From the NCBI GenBank assembly GCA_013265495.1, contig MU058221.1, forward strand, positions 2,046,001 to 2,110,000: a stretch of DNA of 64,000 nt, in the 5' to 3' direction. The translations under genes and the position numbers were made by a program. How positions within the stretch are numbered: position 1 is the first letter of the stretch; each line of letters begins with the position of its first letter. Below the pieces are notes generated by a model. It saw nothing but the letters and a program-made list of their open reading frames with translations. It had not been told where the DNA came from and searched no databases. Positions 38,400 to 51,540 of this stretch are shown in pieces. The DNA is from Vicugna vicugna. Taxonomy: Eukaryota.

Positions 38400-40450
38400 A
38401 TACATATAAATGTGGCCTGTGTGCGTACCACTCCCTCGTCAGCTAGGCAGACGGTGCGAATTGTTCCCAGGACGTGGCTGCGTTGCTCGGCCCGAGGCCC
38501 CACCTGGATACACGCTGGCTCCGTGCACGGGTCTGGGTGCGTGTGTAACGGGAAGGTACCCGGGCTGGTTCAAAGGCGAACGCGTGCGAGAAGCCCGGGC
38601 CCGTCCAGTCTGCAGGGCAGTCGTGACGCGAGCAGGAAGCTTTCCTGAGGCATAATTCCTGCCTTACCGCTCGTGAACCTGCGTCCTGTCCTCGTGTCGT
38701 ACATGCGCACCCGCTTTGTGTCCGGGAGGTGAACACGTGTGAGCGTTTTCCCACCCCCTCCTCCCGGCCGGCCTTGTTCCCTTGTGCTGCACCTCTCTGT
38801 GCTTTGTACATACTGGGCATTTTTTGTTTTGTTTTGTTTTGTTCTCACAAATTGCAGGTTTGTGACAACTCTGCGTTGTCAGAGGACGGTTAGCATTTTT
38901 TATCAATAAAATTTAATTTCTAGGTTAAGGCAGGTGCACCGTGTTTTAGAGCTCGTTACTGTTGCAGACTTTGACGGACTGCAGTGTAGCATGAACGTGG
39001 CTTTGTGTGTCCGGGAAGACGGGGAGCGCGTGTGAGCTGCCGTGCGTCCCGCGCCCCACCTGCCGCGTCTCCGCGGGCATCTGTCTGTTGGTTCGGTGTT
39101 TAGGGCTGATCTTTTGATGGGTTTCCCTCACCTCTTCTCTCTCGGTGCTGGGTTCCTTCTCTGTCCTAAAGCCCAGTGAGTAGCATGGGGACTGCATCTC
39201 TGCCGAGCTCCTGGCTCTCATATCTCCTGGCTGAGTTCAAAAGCCTGAATCCTGTCTCCAGACCCCTCAGCCGCTGCCTACGCGTGGCCTTGGAGGGACA
39301 GGTTGCTCTGACCCACGTCGACATCAGCCCAGAACCCCCACTGCCGTCTCCCGCCCCGCCCGCTGGGGCTGCCCCCTGGGTGTTGCCTGCGTCACCGGCC
39401 CAGCAGGAAGCACCATAGCACCTGCTGGCCTCGGGGGGCCCTGGCCCGTCTCTGCAGTTGGCTCCTCTGCTTCTCTTGCTCATTCGCCTCAGTTTGCTCT
39501 GGGTTCCGTCTGATGTGCCCACACGTATCGTGACAGTGACAACTCTTAGGGGAAGAAGGCACAGGAAGGGGAGGCGAGGGGCCCTCACGTTTGTTTGGAA
39601 TTTGATGCCCTGTGAATCCCTGGGACGTGCCCCTTCGCTTTCCCGCTTTGGCTGGTGTCTCTAGAAACCTTCCTGAGAACACAGGGAGCCTCCGCTTCTC
39701 TTAGACCCCGTGTTGTTCACTGGAGATGTCTGCGTTCAGGGCTAGCATCGCTGTAGAGGAATAATGAGTCAGTGTGAGTGAGTAGCTTGTCTGCACCGCA
39801 CACCGGCCCTGGGGCACCCGCTCCCTGGTCACCGTGCCGTCCTGACTGCGTGCCGAGCGGCTCGGGGTGACGGCACAGCGCAGCTAGACGGGGCCGCAGA
39901 AGGGCTCGGCGCAGGGCTCTCGCTGCATCCGTCTCACATCTCAGGATTTGGGCGCGGAGCCTGAGCTGCGTGCGCCCTCGTTGTCTTTAGGAGCTGATTC
40001 TCATGCCGTGACGACACGTGCCTTTCACGTTTAGCGTGTCACAGCGCTCGCTTCGTGGGAACTTTATCTGAGTGTAGATTATAAAGTGGAGCGTCTCTAA
40101 ATTGCCCGAGTCCATCGTGCGAGGCAAACGTGAAACGAAGGTGATCAGGCGAGGATGCGACGAGAGGGAGTCGGTCTGGCTGCGAGGCCGGACCGCGCCG
40201 CTGGCTTCCGTGTGACCGTAAGCAAGTACCCGTCTGGTGTCGCTTCCCTCTGGCAGGAGAGTCGTGTCATCATTCCGTGTATGTGTGCAGATTCGTTGAG
40301 AGGAAGCATCGTCAGTTCCAGGAAAAAAGGCTTTTGCGGAGCCACGTTCCAGGCACGTGCTTTCCTTCCTTCCTGGCAGGACGGCCAGTTGGTGACTGTT
40401 GGTCTAAGATCTTCTAATGTCCTGAAGTTGGTAATAAACAGGTGACGTCA
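38400..40450. other. Extended CpG-rich intronic domain
   Basis: Dense CpG and high GC (e.g. 38440-38770, 39780-40400) against AT-rich flanks at 37750-37950 and 41400-42300. Confidence 0.7.
38775..39090 (+). mobile_element. Tigger1-derived internally deleted element
   Basis: acaaattgcaggtttgtgacaactctgcgttgtcagaggacggttagcattttttatcaataaa...gactgcagtgtagcatgaacg. Confidence 0.75.
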
Positions 40451-42765
40451 CGTGGTGCTGGGTGAGGTCTGAGACCTCCTCCTGGGGTCTCATACCTCTG
40501 CTTATCCAGGTACCGAGGCAAATCTGACCATCCCATCACTGCAAAGGACTGTCGTCTCTGCTTTTCATCCTTCTTTACTTTTCCTTTTTCAGTTGTCGGT
40601 ATTGTGGAATATAATTACCACACGATGGAATTGTCTGTGTGTGACGGAACGCCTTCCCCCCTTAAAATGCTTTGAAGGCCCTCCTGTTCTTCCCTACGAA
40701 ATCCCTGCCACTCACAGATTCACCACACACCTTTCACGGCCCCTCTTTCCCCGGTGCTGCCTGGGAGGCACCCTCCCAGCCCAGGAGGAAGCAGTAAGAA
40801 CGCAGCGGGTGAATGGCGAGGGGCCACGTCGCTGCTGAGAAAATGCGTGTGAATCGTCTGCTTGGCATTTGTCCACGTGCCGGGCGTCCCGCGGTTTGCG
40901 GGTCTCCGAGTGCAGGGGTGAGATTGTGCGCATCTGGGCTTTAAGTGCATAAACCGTAGAAACTTCAGCCAGCAGTTCGCAGAGGTGTATATATGTACAC
41001 ACACACACACACATTTATGTGTTCTCCCTCGTTTTCATACACACAGCTCAAGAGCATGTGAACAGTGCTCGAAAAGGAGTGGGATTTGTCGTGCAGTCTG
41101 GTGATTTCAGGTTGAACTTTGGGGATGTCCTCAGTGTCTACAGGGAGGGGAGGAAGCAGCGTGAGAAGCAAGCACGCTTTGTCCTTCTCCATCTGAAGTC
41201 TGGTAACGCGAGCTTTATAGTCGGTTGGCTTCAGTGTTTATAGTGCCAACGAGGCCAGTCTTCTCAGATTCGATCCCTAGGCCAGCTAAGTGTATTGATT
41301 TTTCTTAAGAGAGAGTCAGGCAGGAGAAGAAACACTGTGAGAGCAGTAGACTGTGTGGCTTTCTGTCCTTTATATATGGAGCATATTTTATTACTCTTAC
41401 CCCCTGTGCTAATGTTAAAGTACCACGGAAAAAATCAGATTTAACCAATGGTGCCTAGAACAAGAAGGAAAATAGGAAAGACTTGAGACCACATATTATG
41501 TTTTGAACTTGTAATTTTGAGTTCAAAAAAATTTCCTTAGCTATAAAAAGTGAGTGGGTTTTAAATAGTCTAATCAGGCAATCACCTGTTGCTCACCTGC
41601 GTTTACAAAGAGCAAAGGGAGAACCAGAAGTGTTCTGTACGTGTTGCTTAATTAGTCCGATTAAACACCTGCCTGAGATTTCCTGGCTCAGCAGGTCCCC
41701 CTTCTCGGAGTCACTAGTACATGGCTAAAAATACAATTTTTCAAAATGTAAATATTTAATTTTAAAAATTGTTGAATTATTCTCCATACTGTATATGAAA
41801 AAAAGGATATGAATTATGCATTGCTTACAACACAAAAAAATAGACTCTGCAGTTAAGCTCATTTAATGGTGCTATATACAGGAATATTCAGTTCACAAGC
41901 TTATAAAAACATAACGAAAAAAAGTAAGGTGCATATCTAAAGAAAATTATGAGGAATTTCACAAAATACTTGGGTGAAAAACTGGAGTGGGCCCCCAGGG
42001 GGCAGCAGGACCCCCGTAAGCCCCAGAGTGCTTCGGGTGAAGCATCCAAATTATTTTGAAAGATCCCCAAAAAGGAGATTTCTGATACTCCTTTGTTAAC
42101 CCCTCTGAATTTTGGCCTCAGAAAATTCATTGTTAAATTAATATTCTCCCAATCATGTAGTGTATCTCAGTGGATACAGAGAATAGATTTCAGGTATTTA
42201 TGCCCCAAATTTACCATCATGAGCCACCAGTCAAGAACTGAATTTCGTTAACATATGGAACGTAGGAATTTGAAGTCACTTAAGGATAATTTTTAATTTT
42301 GAGCCGAGAAAAAAAAAAGAGACAGATTAATTGTCCTGAGTATTTCACAGGTAGTGAGTGGGTGGGGCTCAGGTTCAAGTGCTCTGGCTCTTCCCTCTCA
42401 CACGTGTGCTCTTTATTGTTCTTGGAACCCCTCCTTTGTTGCACAGCTGAGTGCTTTAAGCTGTCAGATTTAAACTTCACAACATCCCTGTGAGGTATAT
42501 AATATTGCCCTCGTTTTTCAAAAGAGGAAGCCAAGTCTCCGATGCAGTAATTTCTCACCCAGATAAGACCTGGCAGCTCCACAGCCTGCATCCTCTCTAC
42601 TGCCCTGTGCCACTGCCTTTTACTGACGACTTGCTCCGCAGTGTTGCTTCGGTCCCGATTCTCTACACCCATTCTGCAGTTTCAGAAATGCTCATCCACT
42701 TTTTTTTAAAATCCATGGTTTTTATTTTGCCAGTATCTCCACAACATAATTTGTAACTTTTTAAA

Positions 42766-43495
42766 TTTCTATTTTTTAAATTGAAGTATAGTTAGTTGTA
42801 ATATGTCAATTTCTGGTGCACAGCATAATGTCGCAGTCATGCATATATATATACACATATGTTCCTTTTCATAAAAGGTTATTATAAGATGTTGAGTATA
42901 GTTCCCTGTGCTATACAGAATAAATTTGTCTTTTATCTATTTTTATATATAGTGGCTAACATTTGCAAATCTCAAACTCCCAAATTTATCCCTTCCCACC
43001 TCCTTTCCCTAGGTAACCATAAGATTGTTTACTATGTCTGCAAGTCTGTCTGTTTTGTGAATGAGTTCATTAGTGTCCTGTTTTTTTTTTTTCAGATTCC
43101 ACACATGAATGTTATCATATGGTATATTTCTTTCTCTTTCTGCCTTATTTCACTTAGAATGATAATTTCTAGGACCATCCATGTTGCTGCAAATGGCATT
43201 ATTTTACTCTTTTTTATGGCTGAGTAGTATTCCATTTTATAAGTATACCACACTTCTTTACCCAGGCATCTGTCACTGGACATTTAGGTTGCTTCTGTGT
43301 CTTGGCTACTGTAAATAGTGCTGCTGTGAACACTGGGGTGCATATGTCTTTTGAAATCAGACTTCCCTCTGGATATATGCCTAGGAGTGGGATTGCTGGA
43401 TCATATGGTAAGTCTGTTTTTAGTTTTTTAAGGAACTTCCATACTGTTTTCCATAATGGCTGCACCAAACTACATTCCCACCAGCAGTGTAGGAG
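42766..43495 (-). mobile_element. Young 5'-truncated L1 with apparent target-site duplication
   Basis: ORF2 C-terminus ([32 protein letters not shown]...) plus 3'UTR. ACTTTTTAAA flanks both sides (42756-42765 and 43496-43505). Confidence 0.95.
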
Positions 43496-46400
43496 ACTTT
43501 TTAAAGAGAAATGATACTCAGAATTAGAAAACGAGATGCTTCCTTTTTTGGTGAGTTGTCCAATACATGTTCACGAGCAGAGTCTTTTGACAGGGTAATT
43601 ACAATCTGCCCATTTCCCCCTTTACAATCCCCTAGAACCTTGAGCCTTTGAGAAGTGATGCTTAAGGAGTGCAGCTAGACAACACGCCTGTGCACTCAAG
43701 TGCAGGGCTGGCATTCTGTCCGTAACGAGATGACCCTGCAGTGAAATGTCAATGTGGTCTTTATTCAAGCCATTGGCATTTTCCAGACGTTTGGAGCATA
43801 ATGAGAGGATAATAATGTACTCTTACATATCAAGACTCAGGAAATGTCAGTGGATGATATAATTGTCTCTTTGGGGGAAAAAAGAGGGGCCGTTTGGGTA
43901 TGTCATGCGACTGTAGTGAAACTGTGTAGCCACATCCATTTTCTGCCCATAAAGCACAGTTGGTTTTGGTCTTAGAAATTTGTACTGTGTATAAACTGAG
44001 GCAGGTGTGTGTTGAGCATTATCTTAGGGGAAGAAACTGCCAGACAAAGTAACACCTGAAATCTCCGTGCTTGGTGGTGGTACCTGAGTCAGAGAGAGAA
44101 CGGTCTGTTTCCGCATTCAAGCAGACACGTGTGGTGTGTGTAAGGAGCCGGGCGTATCTGGGGGGCATTCACTGTTTAGGGGTCTGTTAAGGAAAGAATA
44201 AGGTGGCGTCGTCCGCCATGATTCATTTGGGTTCCAGAGCAGAGATAATCCACAAAAGAATGAGGTTTTGGTGGGGTTATTCTGCTTGTTGTTTTGGAAG
44301 AAACTTTTTAAATATGGTGGTGGGGAAGCATAGTTTTTTCCCCAAAACTCAGTAGGTTTTATGTTAAATCCCCCTGTGGCTTGCAAGTATCATCCGCTTT
44401 ACGTGAGACGACTAATGTCAGTTCTGTTCCAAGAAGTGCTTATGGCGTCTATGGTTTTCTTTTTGGTGTGAATTCCAGCTATGATTTTTTTGAGTTCACC
44501 AAGAATCTAGAGCTCCTAATTAGTACTTGCAAATGATGGCTTGAAATTTACATCTCAAATATACTAAAGTTAGCAGCATCTGGAATTTGACAGTATTTTA
44601 AAAATATGTGTCATATGAAAAAAACCGTGAAAGTCGAAGTAGCGTGGTAAAAATTGCAGCCTGTATCTTCTTTTCTGTGCGTGTGTGTTGAGTGTGCACT
44701 TGTCCACATGCAAGGGGGGAGGAGGAGGGGGAGGGAAAGTAAGGACACACTTAATGGCTGCTGCAAAATAATGAGAAAACGAACAAATCATTTTTATTTC
44801 ATAAGATAAAGTTTCTATCCCTACCTCCCTGCTGGATTAGAAATTTTGATCAGCTGAATCTTTTAGCTAACCCGGCGCTGATTGGAACATACTTTTTATT
44901 TGTTGTAGTCTCAGATTTGTGTCTCCTCTTTCTTGTAACAGTCTAGTTTTATTTTGTTTCATTTTATTTCAGCCTTCGTAAATCCAAAATAGTGACTCAT
45001 TAACATAGTTTAGTCATTTTTCAATTGTTAGGGACGTTAAAAACAGCATGGGGTTTCCTCAGATGGGCACTGATGGTTAGAACAGTTCAGGGGTTTTAAA
45101 GACAGAAACATTTTCTTACCCACTTAAGTCCCTGCTTCTAAGCCGTTGCTCCTTCAGTGAATTCTGCCGTTGCTTCTGTGTCTTAGTTTTGAGTATCTTT
45201 TCTCATCGCCCTAAGAGTAGACATTGCACGTTGTGCAGATTCTAGGAAAATCTAGTAGGCTTTTAGCAGATCCTGTAAACAAGTTTATTTCTTGGGATTG
45301 TTTGATTTGCCATGTTGTATCAAATCTCAGTTGCCATCAATTATAAGATTGTATTTTAAGTGCCTTTAAGAAAAAATAAACCTCTATCAAATGTATCTTT
45401 TAAGTGACACTGACACGGGTTGTAGGATTCATCCTTATTTTGCATGTGTAGAAGTGTGGGGGAAAAGTAAATCTTAGAATTGACGGAATATATTTTACTG
45501 TCTTCCATAAAAGATTGAGACTTTATTAGATTTTAAGGTGTATAGAGTACTGGAAGGTTAACATACCATAAAGGAAAATGATTTAAAAAAAGTAAAACCA
45601 AGATGAATGTAAGTCTGGATAAGGAGCAAAGACTGAGACTAATTCAATAATAATCATCATCAAATTACATGCTTTGTAATGGGGACCATATACTTGGGTC
45701 AAGCTTTTCTTCATTGAAGTCAGTGTAAAAAATAATAATTAATTTATTACACAATTTAATGCCCATGAAATAAATCAAACCAGGTTCTAAGGAGAAAAAT
45801 AAATAAAGCTCCAATATTCTTGGTACTAAAATCATACAAAAATTTCTCTGTGTTACGTAAAGAAAGGTACCTTAGCTGTAACCGCAGGGCGCACACAGCT
45901 TCCTAAAACCCTTTGTGGGCTGCCTCTCCACCGAGGTCAGTGGTATCACACGAAGGCAGGTGGAGACTTTTCCATCAGTGTCCAGTATAATAACGTGTCT
46001 CTCTTTGCTTGTCTGCTTTACATTAGTGTGGTTGGGGTATTATGATCGGTGGAGAGAGAGTTGGCCTGACCGTCCTTCAAGCAAAAGTAAATGTTGTTTC
46101 TCTCAGATAAGCTTTTGGGTGGCAGTGGATCTAGACCACACTCCCTGGAGGTTACACGAAGCTGAGTCCCTCAGGCTGCTATGTAAAGGTGACACAGCAC
46201 GCCTGAGCAGGGAGTGGAGGGAGTGTGAGTTCAGCATCTTCTAAGGGAAGCAGTTTCTTCTGAAGAAAAAGTGCCTAAAGAGAAGGGCCCCCTGCTGCGC
46301 CTTGGCTTACAGCCACTGGAGAGGTTCTTGCTGGGAAGTCAGGTTGCGTCACTTCTGACCTGCAGGATGGATGGTCCAGTGCCCAGTTGTTCTACTCCGG

Positions 46401-46554
46401 AAATTGCAACCGCAGAAAACTTAGCCAAGAAAAATAAGTAAGTAAATGAATAGATAGGTATACCTGGCTATTGCTCTTGGCCTTAGAAACGCCTCAACAC
46501 CCAGTCATAGCATTTCTGTTGCGGGGTTAATTTCTGAAATTTGCTTTTTGGTAT

Positions 46555-47032
46555 TATGGATCTTCCTTGACTTGCAATGGGGTTGTGTCCCAATAAAGTC
46601 ATCATTTAAGCTGAAAATATTGTAAGGGGCAAATTCGTTTACTATCACTACCCTACTGAACATCATAGCTTAGTGCCGTCTGCCTTAAATGTGCTCCGAG
46701 CAGAGCTTACCGTTGGACAAATTATCTGGCACAAAGCTGTCAAGTGTCGAAGAGCTCATTGAATCCTGTGCTGAAAGTGAAAAACAGGGTGGTTGTGTGG
46801 GTACAGAACGGTGGCAGGGGTCTCTGCCCTCTCCCCTGCGCTCCCGTCGCTGAGCGGAAGCTGTGGCCGCCGCTGCCCGGCATCGTGAGAGAGAGAGCAC
46901 CACACCCTACCCCGTAGCGCTGGCCTGGGAAACGGTCAGAAATCAGAATTCAGAGTGCAGTTTCTGCTGAATGCATATGGCTTTCTCACCACTGTAAAGT
47001 CGGAAAATCAGGTAAGTCGAAGTCTATCTGTA
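46555..47032 (+). mobile_element. Tigger5/MER47B-like DNA transposon fossil
   Basis: cttccttgacttgcaatggggttgtgtcccaataaa; actgaacatcatagcttag; gaatgcatatggctttctcaccactgtaaagtcggaaaatc. Confidence 0.85.
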
Positions 47033-47126
47033 TGTTCTTCAAGATAAAGTATTTGGGAAGCATATACCAAAGCAGCCGAGAGAAGGCTCGCCTTGGACCG
47101 CACGGAGCAGGTCAGGGTGAGTCTGC

Positions 47127-47163
47127 TAATGATAATGATAATAATAATAATAATAACAACAAC
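47127..47163 (+). repeat. (AAT)n/(AAC)n trinucleotide microsatellite
   Basis: taatgataatgataataataataataataacaacaac. Confidence 0.9.
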
Positions 47164-48619
47164 TTAAACGGCATACATCATGTGTAGGCTCTCTTTACAG
47201 CCATATGTAACCAGCACCAGTCCAGCTCTGTTTCAGATTAAATAATAAAACCTTGTCTTCAGAGCTGAGGAATGCCCGCCTGCAGGACTTGGGAGTCAAT
47301 GAACATACATCCTGATCTGCACTGCCAGTGTCAGACACCTGGGAGGAAATTTCAGACAACGAGGATAATTCCGATTTCTGCCTTCTGTAAATTGCCAGGG
47401 CATCATTAAAAGATCGTTTCTTTGTTTTTTGTTTTGTTTTGTTTCTTGATTCTTAGCTTTAAAGCTGTGGAAGGATCAATAACCAGTTCTTGGCGATGTA
47501 CTTCTTTTTGTCTGAAATGGGATGTGGAGCTTTGTCTGGGAAGAAAGACCAGTTCAGTAGGAAACGCTGGCGCCATCGTTTCTGCCACACGGAAGTCTTA
47601 CTTTAGTGACTGTGAGGCCGCGGAAATCTGTGTTTTGGCCTCCTTTCGCTCAGGCACTGGTGTCACCGCGCTGGTCTTTTTTCCTCCAAGTGCACCACAT
47701 GCGTGTGTCTTGGATGTCATGGAAAGCCCGCTCGTGGGTTATCCCACAAGGGGAGCATTCGCCTGCTCCTGTGTTTTGCAAGGAAAAGCACAGGCCGCAT
47801 CTGTGCTGACCGTGTGACTGCTGGGTGAGCAGATCGGGCTGTCGAGGAGCAGTTCAAGGGAGACGTCATGTTGACGCATTGCTTGGCACTTGTTTAACTT
47901 GGCAGTTCTTAATACCTGACTTAAGATTGCTCCTCGAGGCTTCGTGTGATCAAATATATTCCCCTTGGAGCACTTAACTCTTTTCTATCTTAAGTTAGAA
48001 GAGTTTTCCTCTTTAAGGAATTCTTAAATTTATCTGCAGTTGCTCCTGGAATAGAAGAATTTGTTTTTGATCATTTTGTTTTCAAATATTCACCTCACAG
48101 TGCTCTTGATTTTTTTTTTCTTTTTTAAGCTGCAGCAGTAATCAGAGCCCTCTGTTACGTTAGCTGAGTGACTGTGACAAATGAAATGCTTCAGAGCTTT
48201 GCAACAGTGGGATTCACAAAGGCTTACTGCTCACATCTGCCAAGTGCGTGAATCTAGTAAAACAGGGCTAAGATGGTCATTTTTTTTAACTTCTAGCTCT
48301 TGGTTCTCTTTTAGTGGCTTTCTGGGGATCTCAAATAATGGTTCGATTCACAGCAGTCACATCTGTGTACTCTTGCTTCTGCCAGTGCCTTCTGGCTGCC
48401 TGATAGAGGGGGTGCCTTTCGACGACTTGACCGGTGCATCAGCGGGTTGTTTTTCAGGACACGTGATATGTGATGGCACCTGAAGTAAGAGGAAAAGTTT
48501 GCCTTTAGAAAATCACTGCTCTGTCTCTCTCACTTTCTTTTGCTTCAGCTAGACTGCTGTTTCTGAAAGTAAATCCATAAACCGTGTATATCCTAGTTCC
48601 CTGTGATTGGATGTGAGAT

Positions 48620-48870
48620 GCCCTGGCAGAGACCTCCCAGGAGCCCCGCAAGGTCTACCGATCCGCCTGCTGACAGGCATCTTGGTGATTCTGAGATGCG
48701 ATGCTGTCTGATGATCGTGGTCCTAGAATTCGGTGCTTCTCAGATTTTAATGTGCATATGAATTACTTAGGGATCTCGTTAAAATGCAGACTCTCTTTTA
48801 GTAGGTCTGGAGTGGCGCCTGAGAGTCTGCATTTCTGACAAGCCCCAGGTGACAGTGATGTCTGCAGAGC
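48620..48870. mobile_element. MER5A/MER5B hAT-Charlie remnants
   Basis: gtgcttctcagattttaatgtgcatatgaattacttagggatctcgttaaaatgcagactc...gagtctgcatttctgacaagccccaggtga. Confidence 0.8.
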
Positions 48871-51249
48871 CTGCCTTCAGCTGACTGCCCTCTGGGTAGA
48901 GCTTAGACAACTGCCCCGCTGCTGGCTCTGGGCAGATGGGACAGAGTGACCGAGACCAAGGCCTTGGTGCCCTCGCTGTTGCTTGTTGTTTTGGAAGAAG
49001 TCTTCCCTGTCTGTTGAGCGTGTGTGTCTGGAAGCAGAGAACTGATCCAGTGGAAGAGACATGGTCAGATAAATTGTCTTAAAAACACTGTAAGAGAAAG
49101 AAAGGGGTGAAGTGGCGCTGGCTGCTGCATTCCCGACCGCCACCGTGCAGGAACGGGGCTCTGCTCCTAGGACATCAGGCGACGAGTCATCTGCACCGGC
49201 CTGTGTCTCACGGGGTTACACTCAGATCCCGCCATCACCGTGTCTGAGAGCAGCGGTGCCCACCCTCTGGCTGTCACTGAGACGTTCCCATTGGCTGGGG
49301 TCCACTGGGACCCTCATTATGTCCTGGTCCTAGGACCACGGACCACTTACACTCTTATCTGGGAGCTATAGAATTTCTTCTCTTCTTTGATGCGAGGTGG
49401 AGACATTGAGGCAATATTTGAGGTGGGACTAGAGAAAACCAAGCATGCTTTTAAGCTAAGACTGACGGGCCTACAGACAAGGGGCTGTGTTGAAGGTTTA
49501 GAGGGAAATTGGTGCAGCTAATGCCTCTGAATGATGTGGTCAGAAGATCGGGGTGATTTAAAAGGGCGGTGGCAGCAGCATGCCTTTCCTGGTGTAGGAG
49601 CAGGGGAGAAAAACATGGGCACAGAGAGAAGTGAGTTTGATGGTCCTTTTGAAAGCTACCGGAGTTTAGAGAAGGAAGAGATTGTTACTAAGAGAATTAG
49701 CCAGGAGGTGTTTCCCGGAGAAAGGAGAGTTGATGAGACAGAGCAGCATGATAAGATAAAAATGATTTGGCTTTGGGAACTTACCAGTTTCCTTAGAGAT
49801 CAGTTTAAGAAGACTCTGCTCCAGGAGGTGTGGAGATGAGAGCACAATTTCTGAGGAGTGAATGGAAAGAGAAAATGGACACTTTAACACGTGCACTTCT
49901 ATTTAAAAAATTTTTTGGCAGTGACTAGTAAGATCTAAACCCCTCAGCTCGGCTCTCAGAGGCCCCAGAGGCTTTGCTCTGCTGCGTCTGTCCGACCTCG
50001 TCTCCTGCGCCATGTCCGAGTTCACGCTGTTGCTCTTGTCTCTGTGGCTGGAACGTTGTGTTTTCCTCTTTTCTCTGCCGCACAGCAGATGGGCTCGCAG
50101 ATCGTTAGCAAAGGAGAGCGTGTGGGTCTTGAGTGACGCTCGCCTGGGGTGGCATTTGGTGTGGGGACTGGGGAGAGAGCCTGGATAGGGTAAGGGGAGA
50201 CGTACCATTCAACCAGGAGTTTCTACAGAATAACTGCCTTTTGAAAGTTTGCCAGTGAGCTGCCCTAGGCATTTAAAGGCCTGTAAGCACCGTCTCCCCA
50301 GGATGCAGCGTCACCCGGACGCCAGACCTGGACGCGGGCAGCCAGCCTTCGCAGCTCACTGGGGTGTCCCTCTGCTGTTAAGACCGTCCTCTGTGTTCTC
50401 CCTTGCAGTGGTAATTTTCCTCACGCAGCAGTCTCTACCTTGTGTGACGGTTATCTCTGATAGCATGAGTGTGTGGTGATAGGATGTTTACAACTGGATT
50501 TTTCGCCAGGACTGCTGCTCTGTTAGGTTTGTGCTGTTTAAATCTAGTGTTTAGCCACCCGGCTCTTTGCTCCTAGAGTGGTTGTAATAGTTTGTCTTTT
50601 AACTCTTCTGCGTTTTCTTGATGCAGTCACGTTTTCTGCAAGGAATGAAGAATAACTTAGTCTCGACCATTCTAGTGCTTGCACCTCGTCCTTCTCTTTT
50701 CTTATCCAACTTGTTGACTTTGTCCTTCAACGAAACTGACTAGCAATGGGGAGAATGAACAACTATCTCCTTATTCTAAACTGACTAAGGCGTGAGTGTT
50801 AATGGGGCCTCGTAACGTTCCTTCTGTTCTCTCTCACATCGCTTTACGTTCCGCCACACGCGGAGCCGAGAGCTCTTCCTCACGGAGGACTGACTTGATT
50901 TGCTTCGTTTGGAAGTCATCACGTGTTTCTTAGGACCTTCCTGGTCAAGTTCCATCTTTATTTCTTCCCACATAACTGATAGCTTCTTACCGGCTTGTTA
51001 TTATGAGCGTTGCCTGAATTGTGCTCGATAGAGTAACGCGCCGTGAGATAACAGGAAAAATTGAACTTCGTTTGCCTTGACAGCAGACGAACCACGGTGT
51101 GGCCGTTTAGCTCTTTTGGTAGATTCTGCGTCAGCTTCCACTCCCCAGATCGTCAATATGCCGGAAACAAACAGCTCCCCTCCCCATCAATTTTTTTTTT
51201 CTGTTTTGAGAGCACTAAAAAACAAGATCACAGAACTTCTCAGAATTGT

Positions 51250-51540
51250 ACATAAAATGAGAACAAACCAGGTATCAGCGAGAAGAGAAATGCTTCCCGC
51301 GGATGCAGAGCCCAGGGAGAGAGCTGCTGCGCAGGGCGGTGAACACAGGGCCGTCCCGCAGCCTTGTAGTGGGAGGCGGGCGCCGGATATCGGCGCTGCG
51401 GTCCCCTGTCACAACGTGCGCACGTGTCAGAATTGCACTGTACACACCCACGTGTCAGACTGACACGTCCTACACCTTAAGCTCACACAGTGTTAGCTGC
51501 GGAATATATTTGACTGAAAAATCAGTCAGTCAATAAAAAT
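51250..51540 (+). mobile_element. Old L1 3' end, GC-shifted
   Basis: tacaccttaagctcacacagtgttagctgcggaatatatt...aataaaaa terminal motif. Confidence 0.55.

Noticed and set aside
51450..51468. Inverted repeat ACGTGTCAG-A-CTGACACGT
   Set aside because: 9-bp arms are near chance expectation, and it lies inside a decayed L1 end.
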